Source: a virus (taxonomy: Duplodnaviria > Heunggongvirae > Uroviricota > Caudoviricetes). Taken from it: DNA of 7,449 nt. Positions within the stretch are counted from its first letter, which is position 1. Every line of letters starts with the position of its first letter. The position numbers were made by a program, and so were the translations under genes. Positions 1 through 6,849 of this stretch are shown piece after piece. The stretch lies in the IMG/VR virus record IMGVR_UViG_2671180437_000020; one strand, 5' to 3'. Under the pieces are notes generated by a model that worked only from the letters and a program-made list of their open reading frames with translations, had not been told where the DNA came from and searched no databases.

Positions 1-171
1 TCAATAAATCCCATCATTGCGATCAACCTCATCCTTAACCATTGATGCGAGCAGTTCTTCCAGTTTCTGCGCTGACAGCTTTACCTGGTGATCTTCAGCA
101 TCTTCCCGGGCTATTGTGGTTCGCGCAGTGGCTGATTTTGCTGAAATCACCACAGGGGGCAGACGGACCAT
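1..171 (-). CDS. hypothetical small protein (56 aa from the ATG at 171..169; the ORF track extends it to 282, 93 aa)
   Basis: Open frame ending with TGA at 3..1. The ATG at 171..169 is preceded on the minus strand by GGAGG with ~10 nt spacing. The longer 93-aa version would start inside the hairpin at 238..271, so the internal start is preferred. I do not recognise the protein. Confidence 0.3.
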   Translation of the reverse strand: MVRLPPVVISAKSATARTTIAREDAEDHQVKLSAQKLEELLASMVKDEVDRNDGIY

Positions 172-237
172 TGAACCATGGCCTCCGGAACAAATAAGGG
201 CAAAAATAACAACCACTATCGAAAGCTCACAAACTAA

Positions 238-271
238 CCGCAGCACGTTCCTGTATACGACGTGTCTGCGG
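238..271 (-). terminator. GC-rich hairpin 14 nt downstream of the tfa-like ORF stop; candidate intrinsic terminator
   Basis: Arms ccgcagcacgt (238..248) and acgtgtctgcgg (260..271) pair with a 1-nt bulge around an 11-nt loop. On the minus strand it is followed by UUAGUUUGUG. It is a diverged copy of the hairpin at 1288..1320. Confidence 0.35.
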
Positions 272-451
272 CATAATCCCAATGATTACTCCCTGACAGG
301 ATTTGCAGGCCACTCAATATCAGGTGCAGTTGATGTATCAACACGATTCAACAATACCCGATATTTATTCCATGCCTCCAGCAACGATCTTTCTTCCTCC
401 GTTGCGATTTCCAGATCTACAGCATCCTGCAGTGGCGCAATATACTCACTG
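238..451. repeat. direct repeat copy 1 (tfa 3' end plus hairpin), diverged copy of 1288..1500
   Basis: By-eye alignment of 238..451 with 1288..1500 gives roughly 85-90% identity, ending at ...ctcactg in both. The encoded C-termini match (…[41 protein letters not shown]…VRE). Confidence 0.7.
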
Positions 452-555
452 AATTCCTGGATGTAGAACTGTGTGGTGACGGTCTTCCAGCCATTCGGCT
501 CCTGCTGTATCGAAGCATACCAGGCTATTTCAATATCGCTATGCTGCGGCAGCAT
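286..555 (-). CDS. tail fiber assembly (Tfa)-like C-terminal domain protein, 89 aa; possibly a remnant
   Basis: The C-terminal ~55 aa are near-identical to the C-terminus of the 194-aa Tfa at 1335..1919, while the N-terminal 34 aa are unrelated. The ATG at 555..553 is preceded on the minus strand by AAGGGG with a 4-nt spacer. Stop is TAA at 288..286. Confidence 0.4.
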   Translation of the reverse strand: MLPQHSDIEIAWYASIQQEPNGWKTVTTQFYIQEFSEYIAPLQDAVDLEIATEEERSLLEAWNKYRVLLNRVDTSTAPDIEWPANPVRE

Positions 556-563
556 TTAACCCC

Positions 564-592
564 TTGTAATTCATCGCCATAATTGATTTAAT
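564..592 (+). promoter_or_regulatory. candidate sigma70 promoter for the methyltransferase gene
   Basis: TTGTAA (564..569), 17-bp spacer, TTTAAT (587..592), in the 56-bp AT-rich divergent intergenic region, about 20-30 nt upstream of the ATGs at 612 and 624. Confidence 0.3.
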
Positions 593-611
593 TCACAAAT
601 AAAACTATAAC

Positions 612-1280
612 ATGGTGAAATTAATGAAAAAAAACACAGATGATGGGGCTAAAATTTACACACCACTTACCCTAAAGCTTTATGACTGGTGGGTTTTGGG
701 AGTATCAAATTGGCTTGCATGGGGATGTCCTACAAAGGAACACCTTCTTCCACACTTTCTGGAACATTTAGGTAACAACCATCTGGATATTGGTGTTGGA
801 ACTGGGTTTTACCTTACTCACGTACCTGAGAGTAGTCTGATATCTTTAATGGATTTGAACGAAGCTAGCCTGAACGCGGCATCTACAAGGGCTGGGGAAT
901 CAAAAATTAAACATAAAATTAGCCATGATGTTTTTGAACCTTATCCCGCGGCGTTACATGGTCAATTTGATTCCATTTCCATGTTTTACCTTCTTCACTG
1001 CCTGCCTGGAAATATAACTACAAAAAGCTGTGTAATACGCAATGCGGCGCAGGCCTTAACTGACGATGGAACTCTATACGGAGCCACAATTCTTGGCGAT
1101 GGAGTTGTGCACAATAGCTTCGGTCAAAAACTGATGCGCATTTACAATCAGAAAGGTATCTTTTCAAACACAAAAGATTCCGAAGAAGGCTTAACACATA
1201 TACTCTCAGAGCATTTCGAGAATGTTAAAACCAAGGTTCAAGGTACTGTAGTAATGTTTTCCGCTTCAGGGAAAAAATAG
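612..1280 (+). CDS. class I (Rossmann-fold) SAM-dependent methyltransferase, substrate unknown; 222 aa from ATG 612, or 218 aa from ATG 624
   Basis: Motif I LDIGVGTG is encoded at 783..806. An acidic residue ends the next strand (SLISLMDLNE), followed by HDVFEP and FDSISMFYLLHCLP motifs and LTDDGTLYGATIL, in the usual class I order. The pre-motif segment YDWWVLGVSNWLAWG loosely resembles the UbiE/COQ5-type N-terminal region. GGTGA at 614..618 favours the ATG at 624. The gene is visibly AT-rich compared with its flanks. Confidence 0.65.
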   Translation: MVKLMKKNTDDGAKIYTPLTLKLYDWWVLGVSNWLAWGCPTKEHLLPHFLEHLGNNHLDIGVGTGFYLTHVPESSLISLMDLNEASLNAASTRAGESKIKHKISHDVFEPYPAALHGQFDSISMFYLLHCLPGNITTKSCVIRNAAQALTDDGTLYGATILGDGVVHNSFGQKLMRIYNQKGIFSNTKDSEEGLTHILSEHFENVKTKVQGTVVMFSASGKK

Positions 1281-1287
1281 CATCCAA

Positions 1288-1320
1288 CCGCAGCACGTTC
1301 TTGCTTAAGACGTGCTGCGG
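1288..1320 (-). terminator. perfect 11-bp GC-rich hairpin between the convergent tfa and methyltransferase genes; candidate bidirectional terminator
   Basis: ccgcagcacgt (1288..1298) pairs perfectly with acgtgctgcgg (1310..1320) around an 11-nt loop. It lies 14 nt past the tfa stop and 8 nt past the methyltransferase stop. On the minus strand the U-run (UUGGAUGCUAUUUUUU) is not immediately adjacent to the stem. Confidence 0.4.
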
Positions 1321-1500
1321 CATAATCCCAATGATTACTCCCTGACAGAGTTCGTAGGCCACTCAATATCAGGTGCAGTTGATGTATCAACACGGTTCAG
1401 CAACACCCGATACTTTTTCCAGGCTTCCAGCAATGAGGTTTCTTCCTCCGTTGCAATTTCCAGATCTGCAGCATCCTGAAGCGGCGCAATATGCTCACTG
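1288..1500. repeat. direct repeat copy 2 (tfa 3' end plus hairpin)
   Basis: Matches 238..451; see copy 1. Confidence 0.7.
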
Positions 1501-1919
1501 GCTACCTGCATCAGGTTGTTTTTTGTTTCTTCCGCCTCCCGGATCCGGAACAGTTTTTCTGCTTCCGTATCCTTCACCCAGGCTGTGCCGTTCCACTTCT
1601 GAAACTCCCCTTCCGGAGATAACCAGGTGACATTTTCCGGTAACGGACCGAGTTCAGAAATAAATAACGCGTCCCCTGATGCCACGTCATAAACTGTTTT
1701 ACCCCGATGGTCTTCAACAAGATACCACGATGCATCATCACTGTTGAAAACAGCCACGAAGCCAGCCGGAATATCTGGCGGTGCAATATCGGTACTGTTT
1801 GCTGGCAGACCTGTATGAGGCGGAATATATGCGTCACCTTCACCAATAAATTCATTAGTTCCGGCCAGCAGATTATAAATTTTTATGGTCCGTGCTTGTT
1901 CACTCATTCTGAATGCCAT
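1335..1919 (-). CDS. tfa: tail fiber assembly protein Tfa (lambda Tfa/orf-194 family), 194 aa
   Basis: At 194 aa it is the same length as lambda Tfa and near-identical along its length to that sequence as I recall it ([53 protein letters not shown]...). Its ATG at 1919..1917 overlaps the upstream stf-fragment stop (TAATG). Stop is TAA at 1337..1335. Confidence 0.9.
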   Translation of the reverse strand: MAFRMSEQARTIKIYNLLAGTNEFIGEGDAYIPPHTGLPANSTDIAPPDIPAGFVAVFNSDDASWYLVEDHRGKTVYDVASGDALFISELGPLPENVTWLSPEGEFQKWNGTAWVKDTEAEKLFRIREAEETKNNLMQVASEHIAPLQDAADLEIATEEETSLLEAWKKYRVLLNRVDTSTAPDIEWPTNSVRE

Positions 1920-2902
1920 TATGCAAGCCTCACAATATAGTTAAATGCGATGTTTTTGACGGTGTTTTCCGCGTTACCAGCAGCGTTAACGGTGATGGTG
2001 TGTCCATGTGAACCAATCGCAACCGAGTGCGTATGCGCACCAATACCTACAGTATGTGCGTGTGCACCTGCGCTTGCAGCAGTACCCGATACAGAGTGCG
2101 TATGAGCGCCTGCAGAAGAAGTGTTAACACTGTATTTAGAATAATCAGGTGCTCCACTTCCCGGAGCACCACTGGAACCACCTGAAACAAATGTCATCGA
2201 ATGGGTATGTGCACCGGCTGAAGCAGCCGTACCGCTAACACTATGGGTATGCGCCCCGGTGTTATTCGTGGATTTAGTGCCGTAATCAAACGACGATGTG
2301 GTTTTCGTACCCAAATCCGTACTGGATGCGCTGGCGCTGTGGGTGTGCGATTTAATGCCGTCCTGTTCCTGAGACAATACGGCACGACCACTGGCGGGCT
2401 TGCCCTTAATCGTCCAGCCACGCATATCAGGGATCACGCCTGACGGATAAGCCACTGCAAGTTTCGGGTATGCAGATTTGTCAAAAGTCTGCCCCTGCAT
2501 CAGGGCATAACCAGACGGAACGGTATCTGATGGCCACGGGATTGGTGCACCAACAGGGTAGCTTTCTGGTGGAATATTTTTCGAGGTATAAACTTCTGCC
2601 CAGTCTTCCTCAAAACCATAGCCATCTCTTGAAGAACGGTAGAACAGACCACCATTTCTGTAATGCGCCTTCATCTGCAGGGTCCGGCAACTTCCGACTC
2701 CGGTATAGAAGTTAACCAGAATATAGCTGTCGCCAGAGCGAGTGACATTGTAAGCGCCTGATTCGGCATTCCAGGGAACGCCCCCATCCGCATCGGCATA
2801 CGTATCCGTTGCTCTTCTGGCAAAAGCAGCAACATGCGCAGCGGTTAAAGTGATATCAGTAGAACCATCAAACGAAACACCAGATATTTTTATTGCTGTC
2901 TG
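1919..2902 (-). pseudogene. stf: 3' fragment of a side tail fiber gene (about the last 327 codons), cut at its 5' end by IS1
   Basis: The frame is open from the IS1 junction at 2902 to TAA at 1921..1919. It encodes the His-rich tip (GAHTHS/GAHAHT/GSHGH) and ends ...[22 protein letters not shown], which matches the lambda Stf C-terminus as I recall it. There is no start codon or RBS of its own at the 5' end, and the first Met is at 2674. Confidence 0.8.
2153..2902. repeat. direct repeat copy A of the stf 3' segment (750 bp), flanking IS1
   Basis: Aligns with 3672..4421 at a constant offset of 1519. I count about 13 mismatches by eye (~98% identity), all within 2411..2750. Confidence 0.85.
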
Positions 2903-2957
2903 GGTGATGCTGCCAACTTACTGATTTAGTGTATGATGGTGTTTTTGAGGTGCTCCA

Positions 2958-3233
2958 GTGGCTTCTGTTTCTATCAGCTGTCCCTCCTGTTCAGCTACTG
3001 ACGGGGTGGTGCGTAACGGCAAAAGCACCGCCGGACATCAGCGCTATCTCTGCTCTCACTGCCGTAAAACATGGCAACTGCAGTTCACTTACACCGCTTC
3101 TCAACCCGGTACGCACCAGAAAATCATTGATATGGCCATGAATGGCGTTGGATGCCGGGCAACAGCCCGCATTATGGGCGTTGGCCTCAACACGATTTTA
3201 CGTCACTTAAAAAACTCAGGCCGCAGTCGGTAA
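2958..3233 (+). CDS. insA: IS1 InsA (transposition regulator / N-terminal part of the InsAB' transposase), 91 aa, GTG start
   Basis: [40 protein letters not shown]... is the InsA sequence. The A6C frameshift motif (ttaaaaaactc) near 3205..3215 precedes the insB frame. Confidence 0.9.
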
Positions 3234-3655
3234 CCTCGCGCATACAGCCGGGCAGTGACGTCATCGTCTGCGCGGAAATGGACGAACAGTGGGGCTATGT
3301 CGGGGCTAAATCGTGCCAGCGCTGGCTGTTTTACGCGTATGACAGGCTCCGGAAGACGGTTGTTGCGCACGTATTCGGTGAACGCACGATGGCGACGCTG
3401 GGGCGTCTTATGAGCCTGCTGTCACCCTTTGACGTGGTGATATGGATGACGGATGGCTGGCCGCTGTATGAATCCCGCCTGAAGGGAAAGCTGCACGTAA
3501 TCAGCAAGCGATATACGCAGCGAATTGAGCGGCATAACCTGAATCTGAGGCAGCACCTGGCACGGCTGGGACGGAAGTCGCTGTCGTTCTCAAAATCGGT
3601 GGAGCTGCATGACAAAGTCATCGGGCATTATCTGAACATAAAACACTATCAATAA
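3152..3655 (+). CDS. insB: IS1 InsB (transposase catalytic part, expressed as InsAB' by -1 frameshift), 167-aa frame
   Basis: [25 protein letters not shown]...HYLNIKHYQ matches InsB. It differs from the K-12 IS1 InsB I recall at two positions (AKSCQRW and YDRLRK). Confidence 0.9.
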
Positions 3656-3665
3656 GTTGGAGTCA

Positions 3666-6600
3666 TTACCATCCACTTCCCGGAGCACCACTGGAACCAC
3701 CTGAAACAAATGTCATCGAATGGGTATGTGCACCGGCTGAAGCAGCCGTACCGCTAACACTATGGGTATGCGCCCCGGTGTTATTCGTGGATTTAGTGCC
3801 GTAATCAAACGACGATGTGGTTTTCGTACCCAAATCCGTACTGGATGCGCTGGCGCTGTGGGTGTGCGATTTAATGCCGTCCTGTTCCTGAGACAATACG
3901 GCACGACCACTGGCGGGCTTGCCCTTAATCATCCAGCCACGCATATCAGGGATCACGCCTGACGGATAAGCAGCTGCAAGTTTCGGGTAAGCAGATTTGT
4001 CAAAAGTCTGCCCCTGCATCAGGGCATAACCAGACGGAACGGTATCTGATGGCCACGGGATTGGTGCGCCGACTGGGTAGCTTTCTGGTGGAAGATTTTT
4101 CGAGGTATAAACTTCTGCCCAGTCTTCCTCAAAACCATAACCGTCTCTTGAAGAACGGTAGAACAGACCACCATTTCTGTAATGCGCCTTCATCTGCAAG
4201 GTCCGGCAACTTCCGACTCCGGTATAGAAGTTAACCAGAATATAGCTGTCGCCAGAGCGGGTGACATTATAAGCGCCTGATTCGGCATTCCAGGGAACGC
4301 CCCCATCCGCATCGGCATACGTATCCGTTGCTCTTCTGGCAAAAGCAGCAACATGCGCAGCGGTTAAAGTGATATCAGTAGAACCATCAAACGAAACACC
4401 AGATATTTTTATTGCTGTCTGAAGTTTCGTAGCTGTATCAGAATTTCCCTTAATCCCCTTAGGCGAATTAAGTGGTGTATTGATCGTCACTTCACCTGTT
4501 GCGTTATTTACAGCAAATGGTCGAAGACCGTTCCAGCCACCGTACTGGTCGCCTTTATCAGTCATGAGCAAGTAAGTATTTGCTCCATCATTTCGCCATA
4601 TGACACCGTAATCGCCTGCAATCATCCTTAACGCGTTCTGACTACGGACAATAACTTCATCATTAGCGTAAATCTTATTCCCGCTAATATCTGACTTACT
4701 CAAAACAGGATACGAACTATAAAATCCATTACCTTGTTTAAAATCTAAAATTAAATTTACAGCAACTGATTCAGAATAAGGATCAGTTGCACCAAATTTA
4801 TAAGTTGTTTCAGCAACAACATAATCAGAAGCAGGTGCAGTAACGGAGAGTCCTTCTTCTAAAAAAACCTCTACGGGAAATGCCCCACCTTCTATATAGA
4901 ATACGCTGTCTACGGTATCGCCTTTATTACTCATCAGAATGGAATGAATAGCGCGTTCCGATGATGAATAAGCCCAGAACATACCACAGGCATAGCTACC
5001 CCGGTCCGTCCAGCCGCCTGCGCAAACAAAACCATTAAACTCACAGTTATTCATTCTGTGATTAGCTGTGCGACTTGGCGTTGAAATGACAACGCGGGAT
5101 GCCCGATGGCTGTCATTCCTTTTTATCACTAACGGATAATATTTACCTTCCTGGACACCCGCCGGGGCATTTACCACAACGTATCGCATCCCCTTTTTCT
5201 GATCCACTTCACCTTTGCTGTAAACATTAATGTTACTCAGGAAGCGGTCCTTGTCGGGAATATCAGCACCGTTCTGGTCTTTCTGCAGACGTTTCTCTGC
5301 ATTGTCATAGGCTGCTTTTACTGCCTTTGGCGTTGCCGCCAGCGTTTCAGACGTGCTGTTGGTCGCACTGCTGAGCTGTACTACCCCCTTTTTCGTCGTG
5401 CTCGCATCCTCAAGCGCCACGGCGGATGCAATATCCTCTGCACGTTTTGCCGCTGTCTCAGCGCGCGTTGCCGCGGATTCCGCCGTACTTTTGCTCTGTG
5501 CTGCCGCCGTCGCACTGCCAGCTGCCTCTGTCGCCTTCGTGGATGCTGTCGTGGCGCTGCCCTTCGCTGCTGACGCCTGTCTGGTCGCCTCATCTTTTGA
5601 AGCAGACGCCGATGATGCCGATGACGCCGCCGAACTGGCTGACGATGCGGCAGCCGTTTTTGAGGATTCTGCACGGGTTTCCGACGCTTTCGCGTTCGTT
5701 TCGGATGTCTTCGCTGCGGAAGCTGACCTCGCTGCTGCGCTGGCCTGTTCAGTGGCTTCGCCAGCCTTCGTTGTGGCTGTTGAAGCAGACGATGCGGCAC
5801 TTTCTGCCGACTTTCCGGCAGCGGTGGCACTGGCTGAGGCCTGCCCGGCACTTGTTGATGCGGCACTGGCAGATGATGCAGCCGCTGTTTTTGAGCCTGC
5901 CGCAGCTGAGGCACTCTGTCCCGCTGCCGTTTCAGAAGACCTGGCGTTCGTCTCGGACGTTTTTGCCGCCTTCGCGGAATTTCCTGCCGCCGTTGCCGAG
6001 GAAGCGGCACTACTGGCGCTTGATGATGCGTTCGTTTCTGATGATTTCGCTGCCTCTTTTGAGGCCGCCGCATCCCGGGCTGAGGTGGCAGCTTCTGACG
6101 CCTTTGTGGTCGCTGCGGATGCAGAAGTGGCTGCAGATTTTTGTGACGCTGCCGCATTCGTTTCTGACGTTTTCGCCGCACCGGCACTGGTAGCTGCCGC
6201 GCTTTTTGAGGACTCTGCAGCGGCAGCACTTTTTGAGGCTTCAGTGGCCTTTGTTGATGCCGTTCCTGCGCTGGAAGACGCTGACTGAGCCGACGTCGCG
6301 GCCTGCCCGGCTGATGTGCTGGCTGCGCGTGCTGAGCCTGCAGCATCAGTCGCATGGGTTGCCGCCTCACGGGCTGATGTGCTGGCATCACTGGCTGACT
6401 TCTTCGCGGCTGCCGTGTTCTGTGCCACCGCGGACGCGTTACGCGCCACCTCTTCCACCATCAGTTCAAAACGGCGCAGTGCCTCAGGACGGGCATCATC
6501 CTCCGTCATGGCACCGAGAAAATCATTCAGCGTACCGGGTCGGGAATCTTCATACACGGTGATGGTCCCGGCATGTGACGGCGGGAATCCCTCCACCAAC

Positions 6601-6785
6601 AGAATAACGCTGTACTGCCCGTACTCAACGTCCATGCTGTAACGCCCGGCTTCATCCGGATTTTCTGAGGCCAGCGTGTTCACCACCACCGTGGTGCTGT
6701 TACGTTTTGCTTTCAGCTGGATTGTGCAGTTCTGTACCGGTTTTCCTGTGCCGTCTTTCAGTACACCTGAAATCTTTACTGCCAT
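3666..6785 (-). CDS. stf: side tail fiber protein Stf (lambda Stf family), about 1039 aa, C-terminally truncated by IS1; likely non-functional
   Basis: N-terminus [26 protein letters not shown]... matches the lambda Stf N-terminal domain. The ATG at 6785..6783 is preferred over the GTG at 6791 and is preceded by GGGGTGA. The frame runs into IS1 and ends ...GSGW-TAA (3668..3666), with the W and stop supplied by the IS1 terminus. About 76 C-terminal residues present in the 1919..2902 fragment are missing. Confidence 0.85.
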   Translation of the reverse strand: MAVKISGVLKDGTGKPVQNCTIQLKAKRNSTTVVVNTLASENPDEAGRYSMDVEYGQYSVILLVEGFPPSHAGTITVYEDSRPGTLNDFLGAMTEDDARPEALRRFELMVEEVARNASAVAQNTAAAKKSASDASTSAREAATHATDAAGSARAASTSAGQAATSAQSASSSAGTASTKATEASKSAAAAESSKSAAATSAGAAKTSETNAAASQKSAATSASAATTKASEAATSARDAAASKEAAKSSETNASSSASSAASSATAAGNSAKAAKTSETNARSSETAAGQSASAAAGSKTAAASSASAASTSAGQASASATAAGKSAESAASSASTATTKAGEATEQASAAARSASAAKTSETNAKASETRAESSKTAAASSASSAASSASSASASKDEATRQASAAKGSATTASTKATEAAGSATAAAQSKSTAESAATRAETAAKRAEDIASAVALEDASTTKKGVVQLSSATNSTSETLAATPKAVKAAYDNAEKRLQKDQNGADIPDKDRFLSNINVYSKGEVDQKKGMRYVVVNAPAGVQEGKYYPLVIKRNDSHRASRVVISTPSRTANHRMNNCEFNGFVCAGGWTDRGSYACGMFWAYSSSERAIHSILMSNKGDTVDSVFYIEGGAFPVEVFLEEGLSVTAPASDYVVAETTYKFGATDPYSESVAVNLILDFKQGNGFYSSYPVLSKSDISGNKIYANDEVIVRSQNALRMIAGDYGVIWRNDGANTYLLMTDKGDQYGGWNGLRPFAVNNATGEVTINTPLNSPKGIKGNSDTATKLQTAIKISGVSFDGSTDITLTAAHVAAFARRATDTYADADGGVPWNAESGAYNVTRSGDSYILVNFYTGVGSCRTLQMKAHYRNGGLFYRSSRDGYGFEEDWAEVYTSKNLPPESYPVGAPIPWPSDTVPSGYALMQGQTFDKSAYPKLAAAYPSGVIPDMRGWMIKGKPASGRAVLSQEQDGIKSHTHSASASSTDLGTKTTSSFDYGTKSTNNTGAHTHSVSGTAASAGAHTHSMTFVSGGSSGAPGSGW
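3672..4421. repeat. direct repeat copy B of the stf 3' segment (750 bp), flanking IS1
   Basis: See copy A at 2153..2902. Confidence 0.85.
5418..6431. repeat. imperfect tandem repeats inside stf encoding an Ala/Ser/Thr-rich low-complexity shaft
   Basis: Residues ~121-458 are almost entirely A/S/T/K/E, with recurring AAKTSETNA-type units. Corresponding DNA units recur at roughly 5693, 5941, 6029 and 6146. This GC-rich repetitive stretch produces long spurious ORFs in other frames. Confidence 0.6.
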
Positions 6786-6794
6786 ATTCACCCC

Positions 6795-6823
6795 ACAAAA
6801 AAGCCCGCCTGAACCGGCGGGCT
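6795..6823 (-). terminator. intrinsic terminator between lom and stf (minus strand)
   Basis: AGCCCGCC (6802..6809) pairs with GGCGGGCT (6816..6823) around a 6-nt loop. On the minus strand it is followed immediately by UUUUUU (6800..6795), then the stf RBS and start. Confidence 0.7.
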
Positions 6824-6849
6824 GTCATAACACTGTGTTACCTGGCTAA

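Larger units (their letters stand above)
2903..3670 (+). mobile_element. IS1: IS1 insertion sequence, 768 bp, complete
   Basis: Left end GGTGATGCTGCCAACTTACTGAT (2903..2925) and right end ATCAATAAGTTGGAGTCATTACC (3648..3670) are imperfect inverted repeats (18/23). It contains insA and insB and is exactly 768 bp. The flanking 9-mers (tgctgtctg and atccacttc) differ, so there is no target-site duplication. Confidence 0.95.

Noticed and set aside
116-466. 116-aa plus-strand ORF
   Set aside because: It spans the hairpin and is antisense to both the 1..171 ORF and the Tfa-like ORF. It has no recognisable RBS or protein features.
612-1280. Methyltransferase as a DNA methyltransferase, restriction-modification component, or NleE-type effector
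   Set aside because: It has no DPPY/NPPY-type or PC/ENV-type catalytic motifs and no adjacent endonuclease gene. Its motifs are those of Rossmann-fold small-molecule, protein or RNA methyltransferases, and it has no similarity to NleE/OspZ as I recall them.
1373-1940. ORFs overlapping tfa (1373..1630 +, 1574..1855 -, 1707..1940 +)
   Set aside because: They are inside or antisense to the tfa gene, whose product is clearly recognisable. They are shadow ORFs.
2929-3621. Additional ORFs within IS1 (2929..3141 +, 3331..3621 -)
   Set aside because: They are alternative-frame or antisense ORFs overlapping insA and insB; the IS1 coding content is fully explained by insA and insB.
2194-4234. Paired small ORFs appearing twice (2194..2421 - and 3713..3910 -; 2243..2443 + and 3762..3962 +; 2470..2715 + and 4049..4234 +)
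   Set aside because: They are alternative-frame or antisense ORFs inside the stf 3' segment. They occur twice only because that segment is duplicated on either side of IS1.
238-4421. Invertible tail-fibre segment (Gin/Pin/Cin-type host-range switch), suggested by the duplicated stf and tfa 3' ends
   Set aside because: Both repeat pairs are direct, not inverted. No serine-invertase gene or gix/pix-like crossover site is present in the window. One repeat pair is explained by the IS1 rearrangement and the other by the methyltransferase cassette.
5418-6431. CRISPR array, suggested by reiterated short units
   Set aside because: The repeats are imperfect, lie in frame within a protein-coding gene, and are not separated by unique spacers of regular length.
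5353-6642. Long ORFs in other frames across the stf repeat region (5353..6288 +, 5381..6391 -, 5426..6193 +, 6206..6562 +, 6316..6642 +), including a 336-aa Arg/Gln/Pro-rich protein
   Set aside because: They lie entirely within the well-supported stf coding region. They are open only because the GC-rich Ala/Ser/Thr repeat DNA lacks stop codons, and they show low-complexity composition typical of shadow frames.
6789-6791. GTG at 6791 as the stf start (ORF-track N-terminus MNMAVK...)
   Set aside because: The ATG two codons downstream (6785..6783) gives MAVKISG..., matching the lambda Stf N-terminus, and has better spacing from the GGGGTGA Shine-Dalgarno.
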